A stretch of 64,000 nt of DNA, from assembly GCA_026770705.1 (NCBI GenBank), contig JANJGN010000015.1:32488001-32552000 (forward strand), in the 5' to 3' direction. This document shows positions 37,099 to 50,285 of this stretch, piece by piece. Each line of letters starts with the position of its first letter. Positions within the stretch are counted from its first letter, which is position 1. The position numbers and the translations under genes are program-made. The notes under the pieces were generated by a model. The model saw nothing but the letters and a program-made list of their open reading frames with translations, made no database searches and was not told where the DNA came from. The DNA comes from Isurus oxyrinchus. Lineage: Eukaryota.

Positions 37099-38310
37099 GT
37101 ATGTTTTTTTTCCATAAAATGTATTATTACTCTAACATTGTAATATAGATATATTCAAGGATTTTTCTCCAGTGTTTATTTGCTTTTTCATCTTTGGTAA
37201 TGTTATCAAGATGTTAATTCCTTGTTTTGATTATGCATTTGAAAAGTGTCTGTTACTTTGTGAATACCTCACAAATGGTCATTATTCTTGTATCAGCCTT
37301 CACAGTGAATGTACGTAGGCTATTCATGGGGTTTTGGAGCTGATACAGTCCTCATCTGAAATTTGAATACATATACTTTCAGCAAGAAACAGCGAATGGC
37401 AGTCAAGGGTCGGATCCTGGGATGATTTTTCTCATCTGTAGCACAGGGACTCTGAGGCTAATTGTGTTGAGTTGGTGTATTTTCTAGGTGCCCCATATCC
37501 CCAATGTGCCAGAGGCACGAACTCAACATAGAATGGACTGGTCTTGGGCACATTCCTGGCCTTATGGCTCAGCTGCACAGCAAACAAACTCATTGATCCA
37601 TCAAGCTAATAATTACTTTGCTTTATGTCTATTGGTTTGAATCAACAAGGTGATTACCTCACTGTCAGCAATATCATATCAGTTTGGAGATGATGGTTTT
37701 ACTACTGAAAACAGAAGAATGAGCACCTTGTTATAAGAACGTTCGTACAAAGCAACACACTTAGTAAAAGTTAGCCTAAGAAAGTCTCACTAGGTCATGT
37801 GACCACTATTTAATAATAGTGACCCCTATTGTACCTGAATAGTACATGATAAGGTTTAAGGTTATATAGTGGAGATCTAAGATCACTGCATTTGGAGAAG
37901 GAAGCAACATTCTCCAAATGCATTTGGATTCTTGTGTCGAGATGTGTCTTCCCTCACTCAACATTAGTACAAGCAAGCAGTCCACTTGTTGCACTTGGTG
38001 TCATATAGCTGGACATGAATGAAATAAATCATACTGGATGAAAACTAAATTCCTACCTGCCTCGGTTCATTTTAATTCTCCCTCTCTTTTGAGATATCCT
38101 AGAACCACAGATGATCTCACCAAACTGAGTGGGAAGGCAGTCTACAATCTAAGACCTTTGGAATAGGACATTAAGCCTCTCGAACCTGTTTCATCATTCA
38201 GTTAGATCATGGCTTATCTGTATCTTATCCTTACCCATCTTGGTTCCATAACCCTCAATGCCCCTGATGAATAAAGGTCGATCAATCTCAGTTTTGAAAT
38301 TTCAATTTCC

Positions 38311-38858
38311 AAAACCTGTCCACCATCTACAAGGCAGAAGTCATGAGTGTGATGGAATACTCCCCACTTGCCTGGATCAGTGCAGCTGCAACAAGACTCA
38401 AGAAGCTTAACACCATTCAGGACAAAGCAGCCCACTTGATTGGCGCCCCATCCACAAACATTCACTCCTTCCACCACTGACGCACAGTGGCAATAGTGTG
38501 TACCTTCTACAGGATGCACTGCAGGAACTCACAAAGTCTTCTTGGACAGCACCTTCCAAACCCACAACCACTACCATCTAGAAGGACAAGGGCAGCAGAT
38601 AGATGGGAGCACCACCATCTGGAAGTTCCCCTTCAAACCATTCACCATCCTGACTTGGAAATATATTGCCGTTCCTTCACTGTTGCTGGGTTAAAATCCT
38701 GGAACTCCCTCCCTAACAGCACTGTGGGTGTCCCTACACCACATGGACTGCAGTGGTTCAAGAAAGCAGCTCACCACCACCTTCCCAAGGGCATTTAGGG
38801 TTGGGCAATAAATGCTGCCCCGGCCATCAATGTCCATATCCCATAAATGAATTTTTAA
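38311..38858 (+). mobile_element. LINE (CR1/L2 group) 3' fragment inserted in older CR1 sequence
   Basis: The remnant STIYKA..MSVMEYSPLAW and the tail GGGCAATAAATGCTG are shared with tails at 4290, 49375, 58637 and 59990. Confidence 0.7.
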
Positions 38859-39744
38859 AAATTTAGGTAGCCAGAACAGCTTTTTGGGAGAGAGTGTTCC
38901 AGATTTCAACTTTGAAGAAAGAGATGCTTCTGTTGAACTATTGACCATTATTGAACAACCTGGTTCTAATTTTATTATTCCCCCTTGTTCAGGACACCCT
39001 GAAATCGTTTCTTCCCATCAAGTGCCTTAAACATCTTAAACATCTCAATTAGATCGCCCTTTTTCTTCTGTACTCCAAGGATACAAGCATAGCCCATGCA
39101 ACCTACCCTCACAGTTCAACCCTTCCATCCCAGTTATCAATCTGGCTGAGCCGTCTAAGGCAGATCTTTTACAACGGATGTTACAAAATGTTACCATTGA
39201 GCTCAGCTTATCTATTAAGGTGTCAAATTCACAGAAAGGCAGAGCTGATTCGCCTTTGGATAAGGTATCTGAACCGGCATACTGCAAACAATAAAAATCA
39301 TTGAACATTCCAGTGTTGCTCACATGCAATGCTACTGTAGCAACACCATTCATTTGAACTCAACGGGGTCGTTGCTGAGTTAGACTGATGGATTCTCCTC
39401 TTAGGTGGGGGTGGGGGTTGTGGGGTGGGTGTTGTTGTGGGGGCGGGGCAATAACTGGCTTGACTAAAGCCAACACTAAAGTCAAGCTTTTCAACAGAGA
39501 GCTGCAAGGGCAGTCAGGCTCTGTTCAAGGGAAAGCTGTGTAGCTCTTTGCTGAAGTGAAGAAACGAGAAGTGCTGGAAAATGGGTAGAACATATTGGTG
39601 GAGAATTTCCATAGAAATATCCCAATTTTCTGCTACAACCTTGGCAGAAAACCCAGAGAAACAGCAGAAACTACAATTTCCAATCTTTTGCTGGATTTAT
39701 GACAGGACATCAGGAGAACCCACCCTTCCGCTACCCCCCCACCC

Positions 39745-40440
39745 CCCAGCCCCTCCATGGATATCCTACCTCATTCTACTTAAGTCACATAAGGCTGTGG
39801 GAAATTGTGATGTTTTCTTTATATTATTCTTGCCACCACTAAGACTACCTATTTCCACCTCCATAATATTGCCCAATTTTGCCCCTGTCCCAGCTCATCT
39901 GCTGCTGAAACCCTGATTCATGCTTTCACTACCTCTATACTTGACTATTCCAAAGAACTCCTGGCGGGTCTTCTGGATTCTATCCTCCATATTCCTGAGG
40001 TCATCCAAAACTCTGCTGCCATGTCTTAACTTGCATAGGTCCTATTTCCCTATCACCCTTGTGCTAGCACCCCGTCAAGCAACGTCTTAATTTTTAAATT
40101 CTCATCCTTGTTGTCGAATACTTCCATGGCCTTGCTTCTCCCTATTTCTCTAAACTCTTCCAGCTCTACCACCTCCTCAGATATCTGCGCTCCTCTAATT
40201 CTGGCCTCTTGTGCACCCCAATTTTCATTGCTCCATCATTGGTGCTTAGACTGTGCTCTGGAATTCCCTCCCTAAACCTCTCGGCCTCTAGCTCGTTTTT
40301 TAGGATATTCCTTAAAACCTACCTCTTTCACCAAGCTTTTAGTCATTTGATCTAATATCTCCTCTTTGGTGTCTTAGTTTGTTTCATGTTGCTCCTTGGG
40401 AAGTTTTATCACATTGAAGGGGTTATATAAGTTGTTGTTG
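39745..40440 (+). mobile_element. L2-like LINE 3' fragment
   Basis: AETLIHAFTTSILDYS-like motif (GCTGAAACCCTGATTCATGC...GACTATTCCAA) and CTTAAAACCTACCTCTTT. Confidence 0.75.
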
Positions 40441-41130
40441 ATACATTGTACTGATTGAGCAAAGATGGTGATTGCTCTGTATTTTCACTCGCTGTGAAGT
40501 GGAAGTAAATTCATGGTGCATATCAAGTCTGCCTTCACTAAATGTTTGATTGGTTCACCTTCAAAGATACTGGAGAACGTGTGCTTGAAGACATTGGGAC
40601 GCATTAGAATTATTGCCACATTCCAGGTTAGGCTATTGTTCAAGCGGGTATAAGCCAGTGAATCAACTCCTGTAAAAATTGAATTTCACAGCTTTAAACA
40701 TTCTACACTATAATTAACATACTGGGGGCTGAGCAATATAATTAGCTACAGTTTAATCCTTTAGGACCAAATTCAAATTCTGTACATTTTGATAATTTTC
40801 TCTCTGCTAAGTATAATGTCCTATGTAAAATAAGTCTGTCAACCCAGTTTCTAGTGGACATGAGCCCACAGCACAAGATTGTTCATAAATTGTCACTACA
40901 AACTTACACAGAACATAAAGATGGTTGGGGTGAGAAATAAAAGTGTCACGGTGGTATAATCAGAAGCACTCTCCTATGACTCATTCAGCGTTAAATTGAC
41001 ACTGCCATGAGGCAATATCTTTGGGCATTTATTTTGATAAATGCCATCTCCTTTCTGATATTTCAGTCTAAAGGTATCTGATAAATATCTGTGATTATGA
41101 CCCTCGGAAGTCTACTTTTTTTATTTGCAG

Positions 41131-41244
41131 GTTTGTGAAGCATTGTGAGCAATATCTTCCACATGATCCTATCGTGTCTGGCTGTCTTCCCAGCAACCCT
41201 TGGGTTACAAGTGGCACTTTGTACTGGACAATGAATGCTGATTT
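41131..41244 (+). CDS. RGS11: RGS11 exon, 114 nt: FVKHCEQYLPHDPIVSGCLPSNPWVTSGTLYWTMNAD(L), GGL domain
   Basis: tttgcag acceptor and gtaagt donor, HDP.VSGCLPSNPW signature, phases compatible with both neighbours. Confidence 0.96.
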
Positions 41245-41910
41245 GTAAGTGTTAAAAGTGTTTTATTATAAGAGTTGATGGATCATTTTCAAAGCACAAA
41301 AGTAATTGGGATGGTCATGCTGACTGGAACACCCAGAAAATACCAGATTCATATGTGTTCCTTCCAACCACCACAGGATACCTTACAAAATCTCAGAGGG
41401 AGGAACATCCAATTAAAATGTTTCAGAGTATGCCCATCCTCTTCTTCTACCAGGTTCTCATCATGCTACTATGGCTGGTCATACATTTCCAATCACTGTC
41501 AGGCATATTTAGAGAGGCAAATATGCCAAATAGTGATTTTTGTTGTTCTGATGTTATCAGACAGATAGATCAACTGCCCAATGCTAGAGACAATGAAAAG
41601 GTAAAAAACTCAGGGAATAAAACTTAAATTTCAGATTTAACTTAAAGGAGACAGATTAGTGCAGATTATCTGTTCCTTTCACCAAGGAGACTGATGTGTT
41701 CTTCAGAATTATCATTTCAAAATATTAAAGATCTCTTAGGTTCAGTATCAAGGAACCTTTCGCCAGCACAAAGCATTTTCATAAACTGTCTGTCTATGAT
41801 CACACCATATCTCAGGATGCATGCCCATACTTATGTAATTAGCCCAACAGAATTCTGTAACAGCCATAAAACAGAACCTCAGTTTAGTCAAGGATTTATA
41901 ACCAATTATA

Positions 41911-42555
41911 AAATCATAGAATGATACAGCATAGAAAGAGGCCTTTCTGCCCATCATGCCTGTGCCAGGTCTTTGAAAGAGCTATTCACTTTGTCCTATT
42001 TCCCTGCCCTTTCCAATATCCCTGCAAATATTTCCTCCAATTATTTATCTAATTCCCTCTTGAAAGTTATTATGGTATCTGCTTCCACCACCCTTTCAGA
42101 CACTGAAAATTCTAACCTTTCTCCTCATTTCATTTCTGGTCTTTTGCCAGTTGCCCTAAATTAGTGTCCAATGGTTATCAGCCCTTCTGCCACTGGAAGC
42201 AGTTTCTCCTTATTAGCTTTATCAAAACCTTTCAATGATTTTGAACACCTCTATTAAATCTCCCCTTAACCTTCCCTGATCCAAAGAGAGCAACCCCAGC
42301 TTCTCTAATCTCCCTACATAACTGAAGTCCTGCTCCTAGTAAATCTCCTCTGCACCCTCTCTGAGTGCTTAAATTGTGATGCCCAGAGTGGAAACAAAAT
42401 TCCAGCAGAGGCCTAACCAGTGATTCATAAAGGTTTAGCATAATTTTGTTGCTTTTGTACTCCATGCCTCTGTTTATTGAGACAAGGATCCCAAATGCTT
42501 CTTAAACTCGACTGGTCCTGCCACTTTCAAAGATCTGTGTACATTCACCCCGGGT
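41911..42555 (-). mobile_element. CR1 LINE 3' fragment
   Basis: MEYKSNKIMLNLYESLVRPLLEF plus a CR1 3' UTR. Confidence 0.8.
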
Positions 42556-43474
42556 CAGGCCTAAAAGTCCTGGACTTCACAAGCTGGCAACAGGAGACCA
42601 ATATGGTAAAGGACAATCTCCTAAAGTAGCCTTTGACACAGTTGTTAGTGGTACCAGGACTATCCCCATCAGGAACTTGGTGGTGCTAGTCCATCTAGCA
42701 CAGTCAGTGCAGTTGAAAAAGTAACAGATCATTGCCCGTTAGAATCATCCTCAAAGCTACATATCCATTATTCATTCCTCCTGTTCCTGTGTGTAGAGAT
42801 ATAGTTAGCAGTAGGGGAAATAAAAACAGGCTGGTTTCTATAAATGGGCAGCTTATCCATATCACCAGCCTTATGCATGGATGGCAAGTTGAAAATCTAG
42901 ACTAGCGATTCTATACAACAGTACCTATCTGCCATGGCACAAAGTGTGTGTGCACACTTGGAGGTGGGGTGTGGGGGAGGTGGGGTGGTGTGGGGAAAAA
43001 CTGGTCTTAGAAAGTATGACAAAATAGGTGATAGTCAGTTGCCCATTTAATAAGCTGCCCAATTACCTGTTGCATTGGTTTAAATGGAAAAGAAAACTGA
43101 TGGAATATGAAACAGGCTGACAAGACCAAGACCACGTTTACCCACTTGGCTGCTTGAGAAACCATCATGTTGGACCATACTACTAAGGTGTGTGAAAGAT
43201 CATGCCAAAAATGATGGGAATACATCCATCAAACCTATCATCCTTTCTTCGTCATAGTAAAATCTGCTACTATTTTTTGACAAGATAATCTCACAGAAGC
43301 AGGTCCAAATATTCGGATTTGAAATAGCCAAGAGCATTGCTGAAGCATTTGATTCTAACCATATGACCAAACATTGTATATCCATGCAGTCTAATCTGGA
43401 TAATAAAATATTATTTCTATATTAATAAACTGTTGATTAAGAGTTGATTGTCACAGATTTCTCTCCAATAACAG

Positions 43475-43590
43475 AGTGACTATTCCAACAAGGTTACGTG
43501 TAGAACGCTGGGCATTCAATTTTGGTGAATTGCTCCACGATCCCTTTGGTCGGCAAGAATTAAGATACTTTCTGGAAAGAGAGTTCAGTG
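43475..43590 (+). CDS. RGS11: RGS11 exon, 116 nt: [38 protein letters not shown]
   Basis: acag acceptor and gtaagg donor. R7-family motif PT.LRVERW.F.F.ELL.DP.GR. Confidence 0.96.
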
Positions 43591-45019
43591 GTAAGGACGA
43601 CTAAATCAAATTTATATAATTTTTTCATGTTTATAATATGTGATACTGATTATAGAACTATTCATAAAGGTTTTATCATTTGTTTAATTAACTTATTTTC
43701 CATCCCCCATTTTCATCTCCTTGATCGACCTAGTACATCATTCTCCCACTGCAAATGGATGAGTGAGGCCCTGCCCTGTGGTTTCACTAAGATTTTACAG
43801 AAAGATGCTTTGTTCCAGTGAATGAGCAAAGCAGTCCAAGGACAGAGGGAACACAGTGAAAGATTCCATCTTTCAAGCTGGAATGCAATGTTTTTCGCTA
43901 CAACTTTTCCCCGTAATTGACAGCATTTACCGACCTGAACTAAGCAATTGTGATAGACAGTCCAGAGTCTGATATCCATTGTTTTCGAGTTGTGAATCAA
44001 ACTTCTGCTGAAGCATCCTTTATCTAAACCAGTTGTGGCCCATTGTTGACATGTGAGGCCTAGCTGCCATGAAGCATCTGCACTTCTATTGTTTGCTCAC
44101 TTATTTATCCTGTCTGAATCTTGTGGGCACTGTTGTTCTAATCAGTATTCATATTTAGTGTCAGCTTAATATTTCTACAGTGATCAAAGATAAAGCACTT
44201 TTAAAAGAAAAAATTGGATCATACGATTGATTTGATGAAAAATATGCAGTGGTATACTAATTTTGTGACTTTACATAGCTCATCATAGCAGCTCTGTTAG
44301 AATCCACAGGCTAAGCATCTGTATTATGAACCAGGATTTCAGGATAAAACCATATTTATTTCATAAACATTTTACCTATCTGAAAAATCTGAGTCAACAT
44401 GGAATAAGGGGCCATGGGAAGTGACACACACCAAACCATATCTTGGAGCATTACTGGGGAGAGTATTGTTCAAACTACAGTCTGAAGGCTGTCAATCTGG
44501 CCCTTGAAGCCAAAGTGACCTGGTTCTTCCACTTTTATTTCTTATTGGTCAGTTTGCCTAGTTTAAATGTCATGGCCTATGGATTTAGAAATCCAAATCT
44601 GATTGGCTGATGAACCCTAAATCAGAGCATCAATGTAAGTTAAATTACTGTAGTATTCTGTACGAACTCTCACTTTAAAAACACAAATACTTCCTGGCTT
44701 CTCTTGCAAACTGCAAGACACGTAAAAAAATGAGATTTCTTACACAATACATGTACCTAAAAATAATTCCAATTTTTAATATGCATGCAGGAGTTTGATT
44801 GCTAGCATCCAATTATGCAACAATCTTAAATTTGATCGACAAGTAACTCTGTGCTCGGATGAACCACAGTGAAATCTTCCTTGCTTAGAACAAGATAGGA
44901 GGGTTCAAGTACACCATGGATTTGGTGTATGCAGTATCACAACTTACCACATGCATTTTCTGATCAAAAGTGAATGATGGTCTGAGAATGTGAACCAAAG
45001 TGAATATACCAGAAGGAAT

Positions 45020-45655
45020 GGGCAGGATTTTTGGCCCAATATAAGGATGAGTACAAAGGCAAGTGGTGGGGAGAGGGGGGTAATTTTGCATCGATGGTCG
45101 GCATGCCAGTTTGTGGGCAAGATCCCACCCCGAACCATTTTTTTCGAGGCTGGTAGCTAAGATAATTTAACGACCAATTATCAGGGGCCAACTGGAATTT
45201 TTCAGTCAACCTGCAGGTCCCCACAGTGCTGGGAACACCACAGCTGGCTGGAGATGGTCTCCTGGCGACAGGCTGAGGGCCCAATACTCCAGAGACGTTA
45301 GAGGCCATTTCCACTTACTTAGCTACAGATGTGGTTCCCCTCCACAATGGTGTCAGGACTGCTATTTTTCATTTCAAATGAGTTAAAGTTACTGACAGGG
45401 CCTCTCAATGTGGAGGTACCCTCTCCCTCTCCCTTACTTGCAATGGCAGACTGCAGCTCCTTTTGTGCTCCTGTTGGCGCTCCAGCTTCGAGAGCTGCCT
45501 ATAGTCATTAATTGGATAGTGAGTCTGCCCTCTAGCCACCAGTTGGCCAGTTGAAGCAAAATCACTGTCAATGACTGCTTCTAACACAGTTTTGGACTGG
45601 GGCCTCTATTTGATCCCAACATTGGGTTTCAGACCCAAAACCCAAAATCCTGCCC
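45020..45655. mobile_element. Harbinger-type MITE
   Basis: Perfect 12-bp TIR GGGCAGGATTTT / AAAATCCTGCCC with TSD AAT. Confidence 0.85.
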
Positions 45656-45777
45656 AATATCATGTTTACTGAACTGTAGAGGTAATTAAGAGAATGTAAA
45701 AATCAATGTGAAATAAACTTTGGCTCTAAGAATAAGACACCAGTTTCTATAATAATTAAATGTATTTCAAACACTAG

Positions 45778-45865
45778 CGGAGAATCTTAGTTTCTGGGAA
45801 GCTTGTGAAGATGTTCAATATGGAGAACAGTCAAAAGTTGAAGAGAAAGTAGAGGCCATCTTTGA
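45778..45865 (+). CDS. RGS11: RGS11 exon, 88 nt: (A)[28 protein letters not shown](E), RGS domain
   Basis: tag acceptor and gtaagt donor, [10 protein letters not shown] motif, phases consistent. Confidence 0.96.
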
Positions 45866-45997
45866 GTAAGTTTATCGCTTTGTACATAAAAACTGCAAAT
45901 AACTATTATCTGTTTTATAAGTACTTTAAATCTATAATAGTAACAGTTTCAAAAATAATTTTCTGAATTTTGGGAAGTGAAATAATCAGCAAATATA

Positions 45998-47215
45998 GGC
46001 CTGAATTTTCACTCCGAAGTTGGGTGCGCAAAGTCAGGAAATTTCCTGACTCCATGAACCTGATTCGGGAGAAACTGCCCCGAACTGCCGGATTTTCATT
46101 CCGGGGGCACGGGTATGAATTGGAGTCAGGTCCACCACTGCCAGAAACAGTGTGGAAGCAGCTACAGGGGCTGCTGAGTGCCGAGGCAGGCTGTTTAAAA
46201 GGCCCACCTCAGTCATCTGGGACTTCATCCCAGTTATGATAAAAACAGTAAACCAAAAAACATCCCTCTAGCCCTCATCTCCCAGTCTCCATACTCCATC
46301 CATGCCAACCTATGCCTGTCTACCCACCCTAAGGCCCCTCATTCCCTTTATGCCACTCTACCCACCCCCTCATCCTCCATGCCAACCTATATCCCCCTAC
46401 CCACCGGCCATGATCCTTCATACCCACCATGCTAACCTATGCCCCTCTACCCACCCCCATGGCCCCTTATAGCTCCAATGCTAACTTAGTGCAAACCCAT
46501 GCCAACCCATAGCCATCCCCACTCATCCACCTGGCCCATTATAGCCCCTATGCCAACTTATGTCAACCAATGCCCACCCACCACCCTTTGCAGTTAAATC
46601 CTTCATGTGAACTCACCCAGTATCTACCATGGGCAGATTTCAGGAACCATGCTGAGATGAAATAAAATGAAGTTCTAAGTATCCAACACAGACTTCACTC
46701 CATATAAAAGAACTCTCGTGGATAAAAGCCCATTCAATGCATTTAAATCTCTTCAAGCACTTAATCCCTTATATAAAAAAACAAACGTTTGCATTCATGA
46801 CGACACATCAAAGCCAGATAACCCATGTATAACCATTAGGAGCTATCAGTCAAACTATGAATTTACAGGACCCCACTGTGATAATCATGGATTGAAGCAG
46901 TCAAGCAGCACTAATACTCTAATGCTAACCCTCAGGCTTATGTCAACAAACAGTTATTGAAATTGCAATGACTGATTTTTTTTAACTGAGAGACACAGCA
47001 GGCTGTTTTTCTTCAAAATTTAAAGGGCAGGGTATTTAAATAACTTGACAGCTTGACAGTTCCATAGACCACATCCATCTATTTTGCACATTTATGTCAA
47101 TTCTTAATGATCCGAAAAGGCTACCTAACCTCTCCAAAAGGCTACCTAACCTCTCCAAAAGGGTACCTGACCTCTCCAAAAGGGTACCTGACCTCTCCAA
47201 AGAACTCTGGTAGGT
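45998..47215. mobile_element. Family B element; right end not found
   Basis: Starts GGCCTGAATTTTC and is colinear with 30861-31760. Confidence 0.7.
47112..47200 (+). repeat. 20-21-bp tandem repeat CTCTCCAAAAGGGTACCTGAC, about 4 copies
   Basis: Directly visible; degenerate counterparts at 31618-31750. Confidence 0.9.
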
Positions 47216-47279
47216 TTAGATCAATTCCACAAATTGATAAATAGATCAGTAGACCCCATGAATCATATTTCAGAAATCT

Positions 47280-47495
47280 TGGTGACAAAAATTGCTTCTG
47301 AGTGAAGAGAGCTGCATATTTAAATGTGCATTGCCTCTGTGAACTGCGCGTGTATGAAATGTGTCCTTCCCCCATTCGCCTTTGAGCACGTATAAATAGG
47401 GGATTGGGTTGTGTGATAGGAGAGCTGTGAGACTGAACAAGTCAATAAACTCTCTCAACAAAGAAAAGCTCTGTGTCTTGGTTTCAGCTTTAACA
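47280..47495 (+). mobile_element. Possible solo LTR
   Basis: TG start, TATAAATA, AATAAA and a ...TAACA end. No TSD confirmed. Confidence 0.3.
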
Positions 47496-48152
47496 ACTAG
47501 CTTGGATCCTATTGACGAGGGAAGTGGCATCTGATGGTGAGGAGCTGAGGGAAGGGACATTGTCAGTAGGAAGCCCACCTGCTCCTCCTGGCCCATAAGG
47601 ACCACTGTGTAGGCACTTGCCTTCTCCTCAAGACTGTCCTCATGGCTACACAGCTGATGAGTTTACAGAGACCCAAAAAACTTGGCCCCAGGCTCGCCAC
47701 TCTTTAAATTTGTGATGCGTTTTTATGACCTTGTTCACTTTTAGAATGTTTCAACATTTTTCTCACATTTTTGAATTTGAATTTGTCACATATTTTTCTC
47801 ATATTTTTCACTCTTTCGATTTTTGCTGGCCTCTGGGGTGAGGGTGAGCAGAGCCAAGGTAGCTGGTGGAAGGGAGGGGGAGATGGGGTGGGTGAGCAGA
47901 GCCGGGGGTGCAGGCTGTATACCTGCTAGGAGCGGCCCTCAATAAATCCGCCTAAAATTAGGCTAAGTTTACAAGCTGACATGTCCTGGGCTTCCCCAGA
48001 GCCCAAAAAATCACGCCACAAGTTCCAGGTTTGAATATAAGTGGGCTCTCTGGAATGTGTGGTTCCATTGCGGCTCTCAATATTGGCAAAGGTCTCAGCA
48101 TTTGTCGCTGTTTGGGCCACAAGGTACAATGTGACTCTGTGACACACTAGAA

Positions 48153-48565
48153 CAGGGGTTCCCAAACTGTGGGTGGCAACCCCAAGTGGGGTCTCGGGCC
48201 GAGTTTTTGGGGCCGCAAGATCTGAGATAGCAATAGCGACTGTGGAGTGACAGCCCCATTAAATGGGCGTGATGCTTTTGCGGTGAGCGTGGCCTAATGA
48301 AATGAGCTGTGAGGCCTGATAACTGACAGCAGCAAAACCTGAGAAATGGTAGGTCTGATGTTATCTTTGTATGCCTGTACCCACAATGCTCAAACTCCCC
48401 AACTACCCTCTCCCCACCCCAATCAGTTACTCACCCCACCCCACCGCCCCCCCCCAACCCCAGTCAACAGGTCTTTCCCCCACACCCCACAATTTTCATT
48501 CTGGGGTCGCACCAAGTGTAAAGTTTTAAAATAGTGTCACAACAGGAGAAAATTTGGGAACACTG
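48153..48565. mobile_element. hAT-Charlie-like MITE
   Basis: TIR CAGGGGTTCCCAAAC / ATTTGGGAACACTG with a perfect 8-bp TSD CACTAGAA. Confidence 0.9.
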
Positions 48566-49374
48566 CACTAGAACTAGGACCTGCCAATAGAAGCGAATAG
48601 GCATTAACCGAGTGCCACAGGTGGCCCAGCAGATCCCAGGAAGCCCACTGACTGAAAGCGAAAGAGATCATCCTGATTTTACTTACGCAAATATTCTGGA
48701 ATATGTGCAGCAGATTCCTGAACTGGACACAGAATTTGCAATAACATTAATTACATCCCAGACTTTCAGTGGAGTTTGTTCCATGTTTTGTAACTGCCAC
48801 CAGCCGTTTGAGGCTTTCCAATTGGGTAGCAACAATAGCACTATGGCATCGCCTGCCAGAAAAACTCATTTCTATTGTAAATTCGTGAAGCAATCCCAGA
48901 AAGTCGCTGCTGGCAATGTAATGTAGATTAAAGCAAGGTGAAGAAGGACTGGTGCTTTGATATTTTTAAAAGGTCAAGCAGCTGGCAAACTGTGCGGTAC
49001 TGTGGCCTGAGGAGTAGAAATCTAAATATTTGGGTCCCAAGCAGACGGGACAGAGACAGTCCAATTCTTGCAGTAATGTCCAGACAAGATTTGAACCTCA
49101 GCAAATTGTATGAGCCTCCTGATCTCGTAACAATGCTGTAACTGCTGGGTGTGCATCAAAGGTGGCACGAAAAGGAACTAGCGTTTGTTACAGTCTGTTT
49201 TTGTCGTGATCCTCTCATTGAATAAATTGCATGTCAAGGAATGGCTAGATCTACACCACTAATGCAAATTAACCTGATTGCAGCCATTTAGGGCTTGTAA
49301 TTAATAGGGACATAGAAGCAGGAGTAGGACCATTCAGCCCATCGAGCCTGCTCCACCATTCAATACAATCATTC

Positions 49375-49706
49375 TTTTTATTCGTTCATGAGATGTGGGT
49401 ATCGCTGGCTAGGCCAGCATTCTTTGTCCATCCCTAATTAAGTCACATTGCTGTGGGTCTGGAGTCACATGTAGGCCAGACCTGGTAAGGGCAGCAGATT
49501 TTCTTCCCTAAAGGATATTAGTGAATCAGGTGGATTTTTACAAAAATCTGCAATGGTTTCGTGGTCAGCAGCAGACTTTCCGTTCCAGATTTTTATTGAC
49601 TTCAAATTTCACCATCTGTCATGGTGGGGTTCGAACCCAGGTCCCCATTACCATGGGTCTCTGGAATACTAGTACAGTGACAATAGCACTATGGCACTGC
49701 CTTCCC
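49375..49706 (-). mobile_element. tRNA-derived SINE with a LINE-derived tail
   Basis: Minus-strand B box GGTTCGAACCC and an A-box-like head. Homologous to 59990-60332. Confidence 0.75.
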
Positions 49707-49869
49707 AGCCTCATGGCTAACCATCCACTTCAATCCATTTTTCCACACTAGTCCCATATCCCATTATGCCATCGGTATTTAGTAATGTTGTAAAGAATCC
49801 TGTTAACAATGCGATTTATGGCCTTGGCATGCAACTCAGTATTGGATGACTAGAAAGGGAGCAATGATT

Positions 49870-50285
49870 GAGTCAGCTGTGGCTCAGTTGGTAACACACT
49901 CATTGCTGAGCCTCTAGGTTCAAGTCCCACTCCAGGCTTGAGCACAAACTCCAGGTTGACAGTGCAGTTCTGATGGAGTGCTTCACTGTTGTAGTTGCTG
50001 TGCTTCAGATCATATGTTAAGCTGAGGCCCCACCTGCCTGATCAGGCGGATGTAATAGATCCCATGGCACTATTCGATGAAGAACAGGGGAGTTATCCCT
50101 GGTATCCTGACCAATATTTATCCCTCAGTCAACATCTCAAAACCAGATTGTCTGGTCATTATCACATTGCTGTTTGTGGGAGTTTGCAAATTGGCCACCA
50201 CATTCCATGCATTACAACAGTGACGACACTTTGAGACATCTGGTGGTTGTGAAAATCGCCATATAAATGCAGATTTCCTTTTGTT
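49870..50285 (+). mobile_element. DeuSINE (SacSINE1/AmnSINE1-like)
   Basis: A box TGGCTCAGTTGG, B box GGTTCAAGTCC, and a Deu-domain-like core GATCCCATGGCACTATTCG...CCAATATTTATCCCTC. Confidence 0.75.

Noticed and set aside
47112-47200. Short repeats as a possible CRISPR-like array (also 502-612)
   Set aside because: The units are head-to-tail with no unique spacers, in eukaryotic TE context.
49870-49935. tRNA gene
   Set aside because: The A and B boxes belong to a SINE head; no cloverleaf is evident and it runs into the SINE body.
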